This document shows positions 1-10,120 of a stretch of 43,806 nucleotides of DNA, piece after piece. The translations under genes and the position numbers were made by a program. Numbering within the stretch: position 1 is the first letter of the stretch; each line of letters begins with the position of its first letter. Below the pieces are notes generated by a model. It worked only from the letters and a program-made list of their open reading frames with translations, ran no database searches and was not told where the DNA came from. Source of the stretch: Paraspadella gotoi (taxonomy: Eukaryota > Animalia > Chaetognatha); contig JBJCIZ010000470.1 in the NCBI GenBank assembly GCA_051294375.1, positions 1 to 43,806 on the forward strand. Direction: 5' to 3'.

Positions 1-673
1 GCAACGGACTGTGAGATGACAGATAACTCAGCCGCTGAAACGACCGCTTTTTCGATTTCTGACGCATCGCCGTCGCTTGGAAAAAAATATTCGCTGCAAT
101 TCTCGTTCGTGTTTGATCGAACCGGATCATGTCTTTGATCTCTCATCGGTTGCTGCAACATAAAGTATAAAGCTTGACTAAAAAGATACAATTTTAGAGA
201 TATTTTGACAAACATAAATAAGCTTTTCAAAAATAATATTTTACCTGACGGCGAGCGAGGTTTTTGTTTTTGACCAGAAGTATCAGAAGGATGACAATGA
301 ATGTTGCAATTGGGAAAGCGGAACCGATTGCGATGATTGCTTCTGGATGTGCCCTATGATTTGAATGCATATGTATACTTTCAATTGTATATTTAGTAAC
401 TGAAAAAGTGAAACCGGTTTTATAGACTCACCTGTTTTTGGCGGAAAAGAGAGTAGAGTTGTAATCGAATGATGGGTTTAACGTCACCATTGGCGAAGTC
501 AGAGAAGTCAGAGAAGAGTTACGAATTTCGGTTCTCAACGTTAAAGTTTCCTTTGGCTCTAAATATTTTAGAGCGCACTGGTGAGTTATCGGCGATTGAT
601 TGCAGATATTAAACGCTTCAAAAGTAGAAACATTGCAATTTAGCTTAGCTTGTTGAACACAATCGAGAAACAT
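1..673 (-). CDS. Single-pass membrane protein with N-terminal 4-Cys domain (paralog 1), 3' end runs off the window
   Basis: Exons 673-432, 353-245 and about 153 to <1, all GT-AG. Translation MFLDCVQQAKLNCNVSTFEAFNICNQSPITHQC, S/T-rich stalk, hydrophobic IIAIGSAFPIATFIVILLILLV followed by basic KNKNLARRQ. Confidence 0.65.
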
Positions 674-1197
674 TTTGTGTTTTTTTATTTTAACAAGAAG
701 GACAAAGAAATACGCGTTTATACTTTTATGTTTTGTTTAAGCTTTTACAGTAATATTTCCTTTACACACAATCAAATTTACAACATTTCCTTCTCCTTCT
801 CCACTTTTTTTCAATTGTGAAAATTAAAGAAAATTAAAGAAATAAAATTAATTTTGAAAAAAAAAGATAAATGATACACAACGATGCTTTCTATATAAAT
901 AACCTAAAACTGAAAAAAAAATCGAGTTTACTGTACTGAAAAAAAATCACGAACAATATATCATGATAACAGAGAGAGAGAGAAGAGAGACAGAGAGAGA
1001 GAGAGAAAAAGAGAGAGAGAAGGAGAAGAAGAGAGAGAGAAGAGGAGAGAAGAGAGAGAGAGAAGAGAGAGAACGTGGTACTGAGAGAGAGAGAGAGAGA
1101 GATGAAGAGAGAACGACAGCCTGTTGTCGAAGAAAGAAAATGAGAGAAGAAAGAAAGAAAGAAAGAAATCAATTTTGTATCGTCTTCAACGACGTCG

Positions 1198-1478
1198 TCA
1201 AAACCTCCTTTTACGAATTCTGCCGCCTCTTCTTCGGTTTGATATGTTCGTTTGCCTTTGAGAAGTTGAACCGCCCTGTGGAAAAGAAAACGATTTTTAA
1301 ATACGTCTGAACTTCTACAGGGTTCTTAGACATAAAATACTGTTCGCTTTTAATCATTTACACTTAAAATCACCTTTTGTTTTCTGGAACGACGTCTCTT
1401 ATTTCCTTTAATTCGGTCGCGCCCATAAAGCGATCGCTGAAGGGACCCAAGGTCAACGTCTTTAGTTGTATAGTACAT
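1198..1478 (-). CDS. 60-aa Arg/Lys-rich putative viral core (DNA-condensing) protein, 2 exons
   Basis: Exons 1478-1374 and 1275-1198, intron 1373-1276 (GTGATT...CCACAG). Product MYYTTKDVDLGSLQRSLYGRDRIKGNKRRRSRKQK|GGSTSQRQTNISNRRRGGRIRKRRF. Absent from the ORF track. Confidence 0.6.
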
Positions 1479-1536
1479 AATGAAGTATGGTTTTCTATAA
1501 AATGTTAAATACAATATTCAATTTTTTTGCTGCAGG

Positions 1537-2097
1537 CTATGTTATGAATCGTTTAAATACAAATCGAATAATATGATTTTCGATCGTTCTAAGTTTATAC
1601 TGTAAAAGTGTGCTTTTGAGCATATACAGTGATTTTACAGTATTGTTATGGGAAAAATGATAACAATAGTATAATGATTGGAGACCGCATGAAGCTGAAT
1701 CAATGTTTTGAGTTCTCATATTGAGGTTCATGTAGTTAAGTTTATTAGTTTTACAGAATTTTTTAATGGTATTCATGACTGTTAAATTGTTATGAATTTT
1801 ATTTAAAGGGTCAATAAGTATGGCAAGCCTTTGTTCAGGAAAAATGGCAAGATTGAACCAATGGCCAATTTGGTCTCGACTAGCACTTGAATGTAAATTG
1901 TTTATTATCAGAAATAACTTTTGATGTTTTTCAATTAACAGCACGGGTAAATAGTCGTAAGATAATATTAATTCGCCATTGAGTGTTACTTTGTAACATT
2001 TTTTATCCCTTTTCAAATAGTTTTTTAAGTTGAGAGTTGTAGTTACAAAGGAATTTTTACTTAAATCCAGCGATAAATTATTATTGGTCAATGTCAT
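1537..2097 (-). CDS. Adenain-like (C5 family) maturation cysteine protease
   Basis: Motifs IINN...GHW (His), LIDP (Asp), RTQ..SASCG (Gln, Cys). ATG at 2097 overlaps the MCP stop. Intronless. Confidence 0.88.
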   Translation of the reverse strand: MTLTNNNLSLDLSKNSFVTTTLNLKNYLKRDKKCYKVTLNGELILSYDYLPVLLIEKHQKLFLIINNLHSSASRDQIGHWFNLAIFPEQRLAILIDPLNKIHNNLTVMNTIKKFCKTNKLNYMNLNMRTQNIDSASCGLQSLYYCYHFSHNNTVKSLYMLKSTLLQYKLRTIENHIIRFVFKRFIT

Positions 2098-4323
2098 ACT
2101 CTTTGACGACAAAGCGTTCGGAGGTGAGTTTTATTGCGCGATTCTGTTCATATAAAAGAGTGACTTTAAGAGTTTTTGTTAGAGCTTGACTAAATTTTAA
2201 ATACAAGCGAATGTTTGAAGTTGTTTTTATGCCACTTTGTATAACTTGACCAAGTCGATTTTCGTTATTAATAGACTGTGAAAGGACAAAGGGTAAAAAG
2301 AATTTGTCCTGGTAGAAAGAATCGTAGCTTAAGTCCTCTGTACCATCTTTCGTGATGAGACCAACGGATTCGAGTACATGCAGATAGCTGCACTTTTTTG
2401 ACCACTCGTCTTTAAATGAATATCCTTCCACGTCTCCTGTTATTGTTAAATAATTATAAGATAAAGCAATGAATTAATTTATTAGTTTCGCCATTTGTAC
2501 TCATAAGTCGCTTCTCAGTTGATTAGTTTGATAGTGCCCTCTGGGTAGTGGGCACGAAAATCAAAGTTGCTGCGGGCAACAGCTTGAAATGCTGGTTTTG
2601 ATTAAATATACATAATGTACAAATGCACTTGCCTGTATTTCCAATGGCTAAGTTCGGAATCCTGACACCGATCCCACAATCTAAAAAAGCACGTTCCAGA
2701 GTTCCGTTCCCCCCCCCCTCCCAGTGGAACAAATTTTCATTATAATTTCCAATTTGGTTCGAATTTGTATGAAGCAGCAGAGTAACCCGTGAAAAATCAT
2801 CCTTTAGATCAATTTCAAGTAATTTTTCGATTGCTCCAATCTCAATATTGAACGATTTTATGTAAGTAGAAATAAAATTCAATTGGATGGGTGCTGATGC
2901 AAGTTTCTGCTCCAGTTGCCTTTGTACAGGTTCTTTCAGGATAAATATTTGAGCGTAAATGGCGGCATCTAGTACAACAAGGGAGTGTAAGTTATTATGT
3001 TGATTAAAATAAATTTATTATTGATTTATATATATTTTTTTACCTTCAAGAACGTAATGAGGCTTGATGTTTGTTAGTTTGGTATAAAAATATCTTTCAT
3101 CTGTGGAGAAAAGTATTAAAATAGCTCTATTTAATAAGGCGGGCGAAAATTTAACATTTTATAATATGAAACAGTATGTTTTTTGCCTTTCATTTTCCTC
3201 GTGTATTTTAATATTTAACAAACAGAAATTTTTATGATCTTTAATAAATATATTAACATTATTTATACTGGACTTCTGTTAGTTTTTAATCTGTTCCATC
3301 TGGCTATTATATATATATAATATAATATATTAATATATATATATATATATAATATATTGATATGCCTGCAATGAAATCAAGAACCTGATGTGAAGTTGAC
3401 TTGAATCTTCAATTTGACGTTGTTTGGGATTACTGAATTAAAACTGTCTAGCGGTGAAAAAAAAAGGATGCGAAATTGTTGTGACTTTTTATTTAGTAGC
3501 GATTGAGCTCTGCGCCCCCGCCCATTAATTGGAACTGAAACCGTATTGCCATTTATTGTTCTGTTCACAAAGCATTGAGAGATGTCCACGTCATAGTCGT
3601 TGATTAAATTTTCATCAAATCCTAAGTAACGAGTATTTTAATTAAGCTACAATAAAAAAATATCCATTGGGGGGGGGAGTAAAGTTTTGGATAGGATGAT
3701 TGGTTTTATTAGTAAGTTAGTGGCTACCTAAAATGTATACCTTCAAATAACTGGAGAAACGTTTCCTTTGCAGCACGACTATACTTTGTGAGATATTTGT
3801 AACGGGCGAGAAGAGGATAGCAACTGTCATTAGCGACCAATTGAGCCTCTCCAATGTTAATCAGAATAGAATCTAAAGATAATAACGAATGTAACTAAAA
3901 AGCGTCTTAGGCTGTTGCTTCCATCATTTTCTTACCAATCAGTGCATGGGACATCGGACTAAGGCATGTAAAGAACTTGTTAGTTTCTGTGTATGCGGCA
4001 CCACTTTCGGTTTCTACTCGAAATTTTAGGTCCAGGAAAATTTTGTGAGGATTGATAAGAGCAGACTTTTCATGACAGAAAAACGACAAGGTTTTGGTGC
4101 CCCTTTGTATGGCGCCAGGATCAGTTGGATTGATCCGTTTGTATCCTATGCATATATTTTCAATATGAATAGGAATTATGTTTATTTGAATTTAAAGGTT
4201 ACCACAGTATGATATTCCTTCCTCCAGGTAACGGCGGTCTCCTGTCAACAGATTTTGAATCTGGGGGACCAGGAACTCTTGAGGCTTTTCAAATGGGGGA
4301 ACGCTGATATCTTCATCAGACAT
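2081..4323 (-). CDS. Major capsid protein (double jelly-roll, Maverick type), 482 aa, 7 exons
   Basis: Exons 4323-4203, 4145-3936, 3872-3741, 3621-3385, 3100-3044, 2968-2633, 2436-2081 sum to 1449 nt with no stop. Maverick MCP-like blocks HALIDSILINIG..YPLLARYKYLTKYSRAAKET, NNVKLKIQVNFTSDERY, YIKSFNI, GNYNENLFHW, NIRLYLKFSQALTKTLKVTLLYE. Confidence 0.88.
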
Positions 4324-4330
4324 GTTGATT

Positions 4331-4552
4331 CTAGATAAAGTTTTTGCTGTTTATTTTAGATTTGTTAGATTTTTCTCGCTTTGGGGCGACGTCGCTTTTT
4401 AAGGTCAACTTTCTTTTATTATTCCGTTTTGGAATCTTTTCAGTTTTTGCCACTTCCGGTGAGGTAGTAGTTTTTGGGTTGTTGGCTGGAATGAAAATAG
4501 GGGTGAGTAGATGTGGCGAGATGAAACCTCCGTAATTATTGTACCAAGACAT
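4331..4552 (-). CDS. 73-aa basic putative core protein
   Basis: MSWYNNYGGFISP... with a Lys/Arg-rich C-terminal half. Fills the gap between penton and MCP. ATG is preceded by an acceptor-like TTTTTCTTGTAAAACTAG. Confidence 0.5.
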   Translation of the reverse strand: MSWYNNYGGFISPHLLTPIFIPANNPKTTTSPEVAKTEKIPKRNNKRKLTLKSDVAPKREKSNKSKINSKNFI

Positions 4553-4587
4553 CCTAGTTTTACAAGAAAAACAAACATCAAATCGGT

Positions 4588-6141
4588 TTATTGAACCATG
4601 TAAGGGCGGAGGGAGATAGCAAAATCTACATAGCATTTTGATGGAAAGATAAGTTTCCTATAGTTATCATCAAGTAATATGATCTTGACTGAGTTAAAAA
4701 AGTTTTTGGATTCTGTAACCCGGTAATAATTTCGAGGATGAACTGGTTTATAAACACATTTATTAAATAAGTTATTTTTATCTATCATATGTGTGTATAG
4801 AATATTAAAACGTTCAAATTCTGAATTTGTCAACCACGAGTTTTGGTATGTATAATTATCAAGGGCAATAAAATCTGTTAATACGTGAATTCGGCGAGTG
4901 AGAGGAATTACTGGGAGCTGAAGCTGTTGCCAGGGTCGAGAAATTTTGTATGTGGTTTCAATAGGGTGAAACTTATCGTCTATTGGTTGTGAATCATATG
5001 ACGCAATGATTTGAATATTTTCATGAGCGGCGCCTATTACTTGGGAGCACTTTTGAGGAAACGTTAAGGTGATTTCAGATTTAAATTCTGAACTTAATGC
5101 CCTGTGAGTGGAGAAATTAAATTCGCATTTCTCTGTAAATTTGTTTTTGTTTAAATGAATTATACAACAATCCTTGTTTTTAACTGACTTATGTAATCGT
5201 AGTTTATTTTGCAGAGTTAAAATATTAGATATTTTTGACGCCATTGAAATAATTTCAATGTTTTGTGATCTTAATTTTTCTAATTCTACTATGCTGGCGG
5301 GGTCTATTTCATTTTTATCGTTATAATTTAACACAGTTAATTTGAGCCATGTTTCACAATTTGTCTTGATACTCTCGTTGGCACTTTCGTTGATTCCGTT
5401 AAAATCTAAATTGTAAAAAAGTGAAAAGTCGATTATTCTTAATTGTACTAATGTTCTTTCTTTTAATTCTATAAGCGATATTCTTTTGGATAAAATTTTA
5501 TCTTCTTTTTCTTTGGGAAGCGGTTTACTGAGATATTTCCACTTGATTTCAGTATGCGTATCATCATTTATCAGTGTACATAGTAGTTTGTGTAACTGTG
5601 TTCTTGAATAAATGGCTGCATCCAAATACCAGTTAATCAATCTGTTTTCGTCTGCTTGAAAGCCGGGTAGTGTTTCATAGCTTAAATGATCCATAAAATC
5701 GTTTTTAAATATGCTTAAATCTATAATGACTGGTAAAGATCTGATTACTATGTATTTGTCAAGATTGTTATTTAGTGCCTGTTGTACAAATTTAACTGCA
5801 TCTGCTGAGTCTGTTATAATGGCGTCCTTAAGATGAATTTGGGATACCTTTTCATTTTCAGTTGCTATCGTTTCTGACCCATACACAAGGTTGAATCTTC
5901 CGCATTTAAGGTCTATTTTATATTGAACAAGGATTCTTTCAGAAGCTAAGAATGTCAGTGGAAGGGACGATATGAAGAACTCGTCAAGGGCTGCTTCTGC
6001 ATATTTAGACTGCAGATGAAGCATATTTTGAAGATGAGTCTGAGGCTGTGATGTAAATTCAGAAGCTGTTGAATTTTCTGAAGATTGCTCCTCGGGTTGC
6101 TTATTTGACAAATAAAGTTTGAATCTAGTGTTAAAATCCAT
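4588..6141 (-). CDS. Minor capsid protein (penton, single jelly-roll) with large central insertion, 517 aa
   Basis: N-terminal FKLYLSN...NSTASEF...AEAALDEF and C-terminal IHVLTDFI...YYRV...FFNSVKIILLDDNYRKLIF...FAISLRP resemble the split ends of Polinton penton proteins. Intronless. Confidence 0.75.
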   Translation of the reverse strand: MDFNTRFKLYLSNKQPEEQSSENSTASEFTSQPQTHLQNMLHLQSKYAEAALDEFFISSLPLTFLASERILVQYKIDLKCGRFNLVYGSETIATENEKVSQIHLKDAIITDSADAVKFVQQALNNNLDKYIVIRSLPVIIDLSIFKNDFMDHLSYETLPGFQADENRLINWYLDAAIYSRTQLHKLLCTLINDDTHTEIKWKYLSKPLPKEKEDKILSKRISLIELKERTLVQLRIIDFSLFYNLDFNGINESANESIKTNCETWLKLTVLNYNDKNEIDPASIVELEKLRSQNIEIISMASKISNILTLQNKLRLHKSVKNKDCCIIHLNKNKFTEKCEFNFSTHRALSSEFKSEITLTFPQKCSQVIGAAHENIQIIASYDSQPIDDKFHPIETTYKISRPWQQLQLPVIPLTRRIHVLTDFIALDNYTYQNSWLTNSEFERFNILYTHMIDKNNLFNKCVYKPVHPRNYYRVTESKNFFNSVKIILLDDNYRKLIFPSKCYVDFAISLRPYMVQ

Positions 6142-6142
6142 G

Positions 6143-7723
6143 TCAAATAATCAGGTTCTTTCTCTCCTTGAAAAAATCACTGTACCTTAAAGCTTTTTCA
6201 CCAAAGATTCGTTTTAAAGAGCGTAAAGAATCTTTATTCATAAATTCAATTTGGTTGTTTGGTTGTTTAACGGTATATAAGTAAGTTGGATCAATATTTC
6301 TTATTTTACCACTCCGTAAAACTTTCACATCCGGTTGTTGTTCGTCTGCTTTTAAAATTTCAATTGTATGCTGTTGTTGGTGCTGAGGAATTTTTTGTGT
6401 AATGCTCTCAGATTGAAAGGATTTTGTGGCAAGTGGAGCTGGTATCTTATTTAATTCAAAAGCATAAAACCAACGTTTTGGTGACAGCTCCTTCAAACGA
6501 TATCTGAATGGGTATAGAGATTTATCAATGTGTATTATTGTGTAAATTTTGTTATCATATCGTGGGAAAAAAGACGAGGCCTCCTTCCTGATTAACCGCT
6601 TTTTAAGCTGTAAAAAAACTTTGTCATTCAGTTGCAATTTTTGTTTTTCTGGAAGATCTTTATACAGACTACGTGAGACCAATTGAGCCTGCTTAAATTC
6701 TTTTAAGCGGAGTTGCGTGATTTTTGAATCCACGTGCGGGTCGAATTGTATTTGATATGGAGTGAATCTATTAAAACCAGAGCGCCATCTTGTGTTGTTG
6801 TACACGTTTTGGACAATCTGAATTGTTTTAAACGAAATGAATAATTGATTGTACAAATATTTATTAAGTTATACAATGATTCCTTACTTTTAATATATTT
6901 TGATAATTGAACGTGCGGAAATGGATTAGATAATCAAAAAAGATATTCTTGATGGTTCTTATGGCACGTTCAATTAAACTTATTTTTGGATAAATCCCGC
7001 TGGAAGTGTTATATTGTTTTATTCCAAGCGATGTCAGATGTTCACGAAATTTTCCACGGAACTCCCCGCCCCTTCAAGAGAGAAATTTAGTTTGATTTTA
7101 AAACAATTATTATAAGTATTCAAACTGTTTACAAGATTTACTACCTGTCAGAGCCAAAAAACTTATATGTTTTATTTCCTAGTTCTTTAACTGCGGAAGT
7201 GAAACTCTTGACCGTGTCTGACGAACGAGTACTGGGCAAAGACCACAAAGATACCATACGACTTTGAGCGTCCATATAAATTGAAAGGACAGTTTTGTTT
7301 TTGTTGTCTGCTTTAAGTTGTGGAAGAAACGCCAAATCGCCCAGAAGGATTGATCCTTCAAAAGAGAAGCAAAGGATTGGGGGGGGGTATTGAATAGGTA
7401 GAGAGTTATATACATATTGTTTATACAAATAATAATTGTTTATAATAAGTACCAGATTTGTAAGTCATCCATTTCCTGTATCCATATCTTCGCTTGGCTC
7501 CTCGTAAAATTTGCTCTGACTTTGTTCTGCTTATTATTTCTAAATGTTGCTTGAAAAGTATTATGTCTTGAAGTTTGATTTTCCTTGACAGTTTTGCGTC
7601 TCTCTTGGCTAAATCAAATAATTTTCTTGTATTTTTGACAAGAAAAAAATTTGAAGCCGGATTTTTATAATGTTCAAACAAATAGGCGACTCTGTCTTGT
7701 TGATTCCTAAAATTAAAAGACAT
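6143..7723 (-). CDS. Retroviral-like (RVE) DDE integrase, 446 aa, 4 exons
   Basis: Exons 7723-7453, 7355-7145, 7071-6888, 6817-6143 (1341 nt, open). Catalytic triad LLGDL / GSDRGGEF / LIERAIRTIK, plus YNNT...TP and a C-terminal LNDKV...IYTI...YRLKE...FYAFEL block as in Maverick integrases. Confidence 0.9.
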
Positions 7724-7736
7724 CTAAAAGAAAAGA

Positions 7737-8978
7737 CTAAAGTATTTGTCGGATTTTTATACAAGGCACATTTTTGGGTTGTATATCGCAGCTGCGGAAA
7801 ACGGCTCTCAATATCAGCTTTTCATGAGAGGTATACTGCTTTACATTGCCATCAATGCTACTTAAGGATAGGTATTTATAAAGATTTAGTCTAGTCAAAG
7901 AAAAAGAGGCAATTATCTTTGAAAAACTTAGACCTTCTGAATTTTTATTGACGTAAACACCATCTTTTGTAATCAAAAAGCTTCCCAAATTCTGTTTGCC
8001 ATAACAGGATTTCAGAGATTCAACACATTTTTTTAGACGAATTGTCGTTGAAGCATTTAATTTGACGTAATTAGTTTTAAAAGTTAAAATTATTTCTTCC
8101 AAGGCATTTTTTAAGTTTTTTTCGAATTGATGCGCTGTGATTGTTTTTAGGGAAGATCGTTTCCCTTTTGTTTTTTTTCCCTGCTGGTTAGTCTGAAGAG
8201 GCGCTTTGGGGGCGTTGATCAAACTTGTTTTCGTTTTTTCGTTGGTGTCATTGTCATTTTTGTCGTCATCGTCGTCGTCATCGTCGTCGTCATCGTCTTC
8301 TACACTGTCATCATCATCATTGTTCTCATAGTCTTCATTATCGTCGTTGTCACGGTCGTCATCGTCGTCGTCGTCCTCGTCGACGTCTACATTGCAATTT
8401 TCCTCTGTCTCATCATCATTCAGGTGTTGAGTAACTCCTATAGGTGATTTTGAATTCCCAGCGCCTGCTGTTTGCAGATATTTCGAAGCAAAAGGAATTT
8501 CAACCTTTTTTCGGACCTTTTGAGCTTCGTCCCTTCTCTGAAAGTCTCTTAGAGCTTCTGTAATTAACTCTGTTTTAGGTCTCAATCCGATGCTTTTATT
8601 ACGTAGAATAAACATTACATACTTTTCAAAAGTGTCATTTGTTTTTTTAGGCTTTTTGGTTTCTGATGAAACGGGTTTTATTGCTCCTCCAACCGAATTT
8701 TCGTTTCTTCCTAGATCCTTATCGTTTTCCATTTTTGAAACTGAGTCCTGTGATGTTTTTTGTTTTTCAGAATCTGCGTTCTGTTGCTCTTTACCTTTCA
8801 GATTTTTGAAAAAATCTTTTTCGTTTTCAATGAATTCGACTAGGCGCGAGATTAAACGTAAAAAATCTGCCTGATTGATTAAGAAATGACGCGAAACGTT
8901 CTGTGAAGGTTTCACAGTTGCTTCCAGGTCTTTGTGCAACAGTTTAAGTCGGTTTAGCTCTGTATCCTTCATAGACAT
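7737..8978 (-). CDS. 413-aa uncharacterised Maverick protein with Asp-rich tract
   Basis: Long intronless ORF packed 13 nt before the integrase ATG. Poly-Asp tract encoded by (GAC/GAT)n, with Lys-rich segments on either side. Confidence 0.7.
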   Translation of the reverse strand: MSMKDTELNRLKLLHKDLEATVKPSQNVSRHFLINQADFLRLISRLVEFIENEKDFFKNLKGKEQQNADSEKQKTSQDSVSKMENDKDLGRNENSVGGAIKPVSSETKKPKKTNDTFEKYVMFILRNKSIGLRPKTELITEALRDFQRRDEAQKVRKKVEIPFASKYLQTAGAGNSKSPIGVTQHLNDDETEENCNVDVDEDDDDDDDRDNDDNEDYENNDDDDSVEDDDDDDDDDDDDKNDNDTNEKTKTSLINAPKAPLQTNQQGKKTKGKRSSLKTITAHQFEKNLKNALEEIILTFKTNYVKLNASTTIRLKKCVESLKSCYGKQNLGSFLITKDGVYVNKNSEGLSFSKIIASFSLTRLNLYKYLSLSSIDGNVKQYTSHEKLILRAVFRSCDIQPKNVPCIKIRQIL

Positions 8979-9100
8979 TCTCTACATACATTTATGTTAT
9001 ACAATTTGAAAACACATTGCGCATTTATAATTGTCTTTATTCATAATGATACAATGACAAAAATAACAAAATAATGTCAAGTAAATCGTTCTTTGTGCAT

Positions 9101-9443
9101 TAAGGCGGAACAATGTAAACTAAGAGTTCTGTAATATAATTCAGAATTTTTTAAAACGGATTCGGGTAGAGCATGAAAAAAAGAACTAAAAATATTATTA
9201 CAAGATTTCAAAATTTTTATGTTTTATCAGTTAAAATTAACAAAACTATAAAATTATAGTATGATGTTAATGATGATAATTTTTAAGGTTTTTTTTTTCC
9301 TTTATTTATTAATAAATATTTAAATGCTTCAATGTTATACAGTTCTTCACTAGTTAAAGTGATAGTAAATAAGTATATGATGAACAAATAAATTTATATT
9401 ATAGAACTCCTAATGATAAAAGTCATCAATTTGGGTCGCCTTA
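9101..9443. mobile_element. Putative MITE with TAAGGCG...CGCCTTA ends
   Basis: TAAGGCG at 9101 and CGCCTTA at 9437-9443 are inverted. Inner AGTTCT/AGAACT pair. AT-rich non-coding interior between two genes. Confidence 0.45.
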
Positions 9444-9458
9444 TTATGCATATGTAAA

Positions 9459-10084
9459 CTAATTAAATCCTTTAAATTCAAGAAATCTCTGTATAATGAC
9501 AGGAATAGTTTTAGAGTATTTGAATTTTTGCGATTTTGCTTTTTGGAGTAAAATACTAAAACGGCATGCACGCTGAAGAGAAAGAGCAATTTGAGAGTTA
9601 ATTGATTGCGTTGGAGACGGCAAAATTTCAATGCTACCAAAATAGATAAATCTAAAATTGAATAAACTTGGCGAATCATAAATGAAATATGCTCTCGTAT
9701 CCTGGTTCTCTGCAGCCTCCTCTAAACCTTCAAATACCCCGTCCCAGAAAAAATTGTCAATAAGAGGGTTTGTGCTTTTTAACCCATACGATGTGTGCCC
9801 ATTTGCATTGTTGTACATCATAGTAATTTCCTTAATAACATTTCCGTTTACCACCGCTGCTGAGAGTGCGGCAAGAATGTCTGAAATTTTGCCTGGGTCT
9901 TTGGAAATGTGAGATCTATCCCACCAAATCGAATGAGGTTCCGAAGAGGAGGAGAGAGTGCGGGTTTTTGCTTCATTCACAGTTTCGTTGAAAGCCCCTT
10001 GGTCCGCAAGGTTTCTGGCAGTTTCGTATCTGTAATAAATAGAAAAAAGAGTGTTTAGTCAGAGAGAGAGAGCCTGCGACCAAC

Positions 10085-10120
<36 letters not shown>

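Noticed and set aside
891-1310. ORFs 891-1172 and 963-1310, and similar ER/SL-repeat ORFs at 10051, 12274, 12331, 14401-14859, 16242-16888, 39883
   Set aside because: Translations of (GA)n/(TC)n microsatellites, mostly inside predicted introns or spacers.
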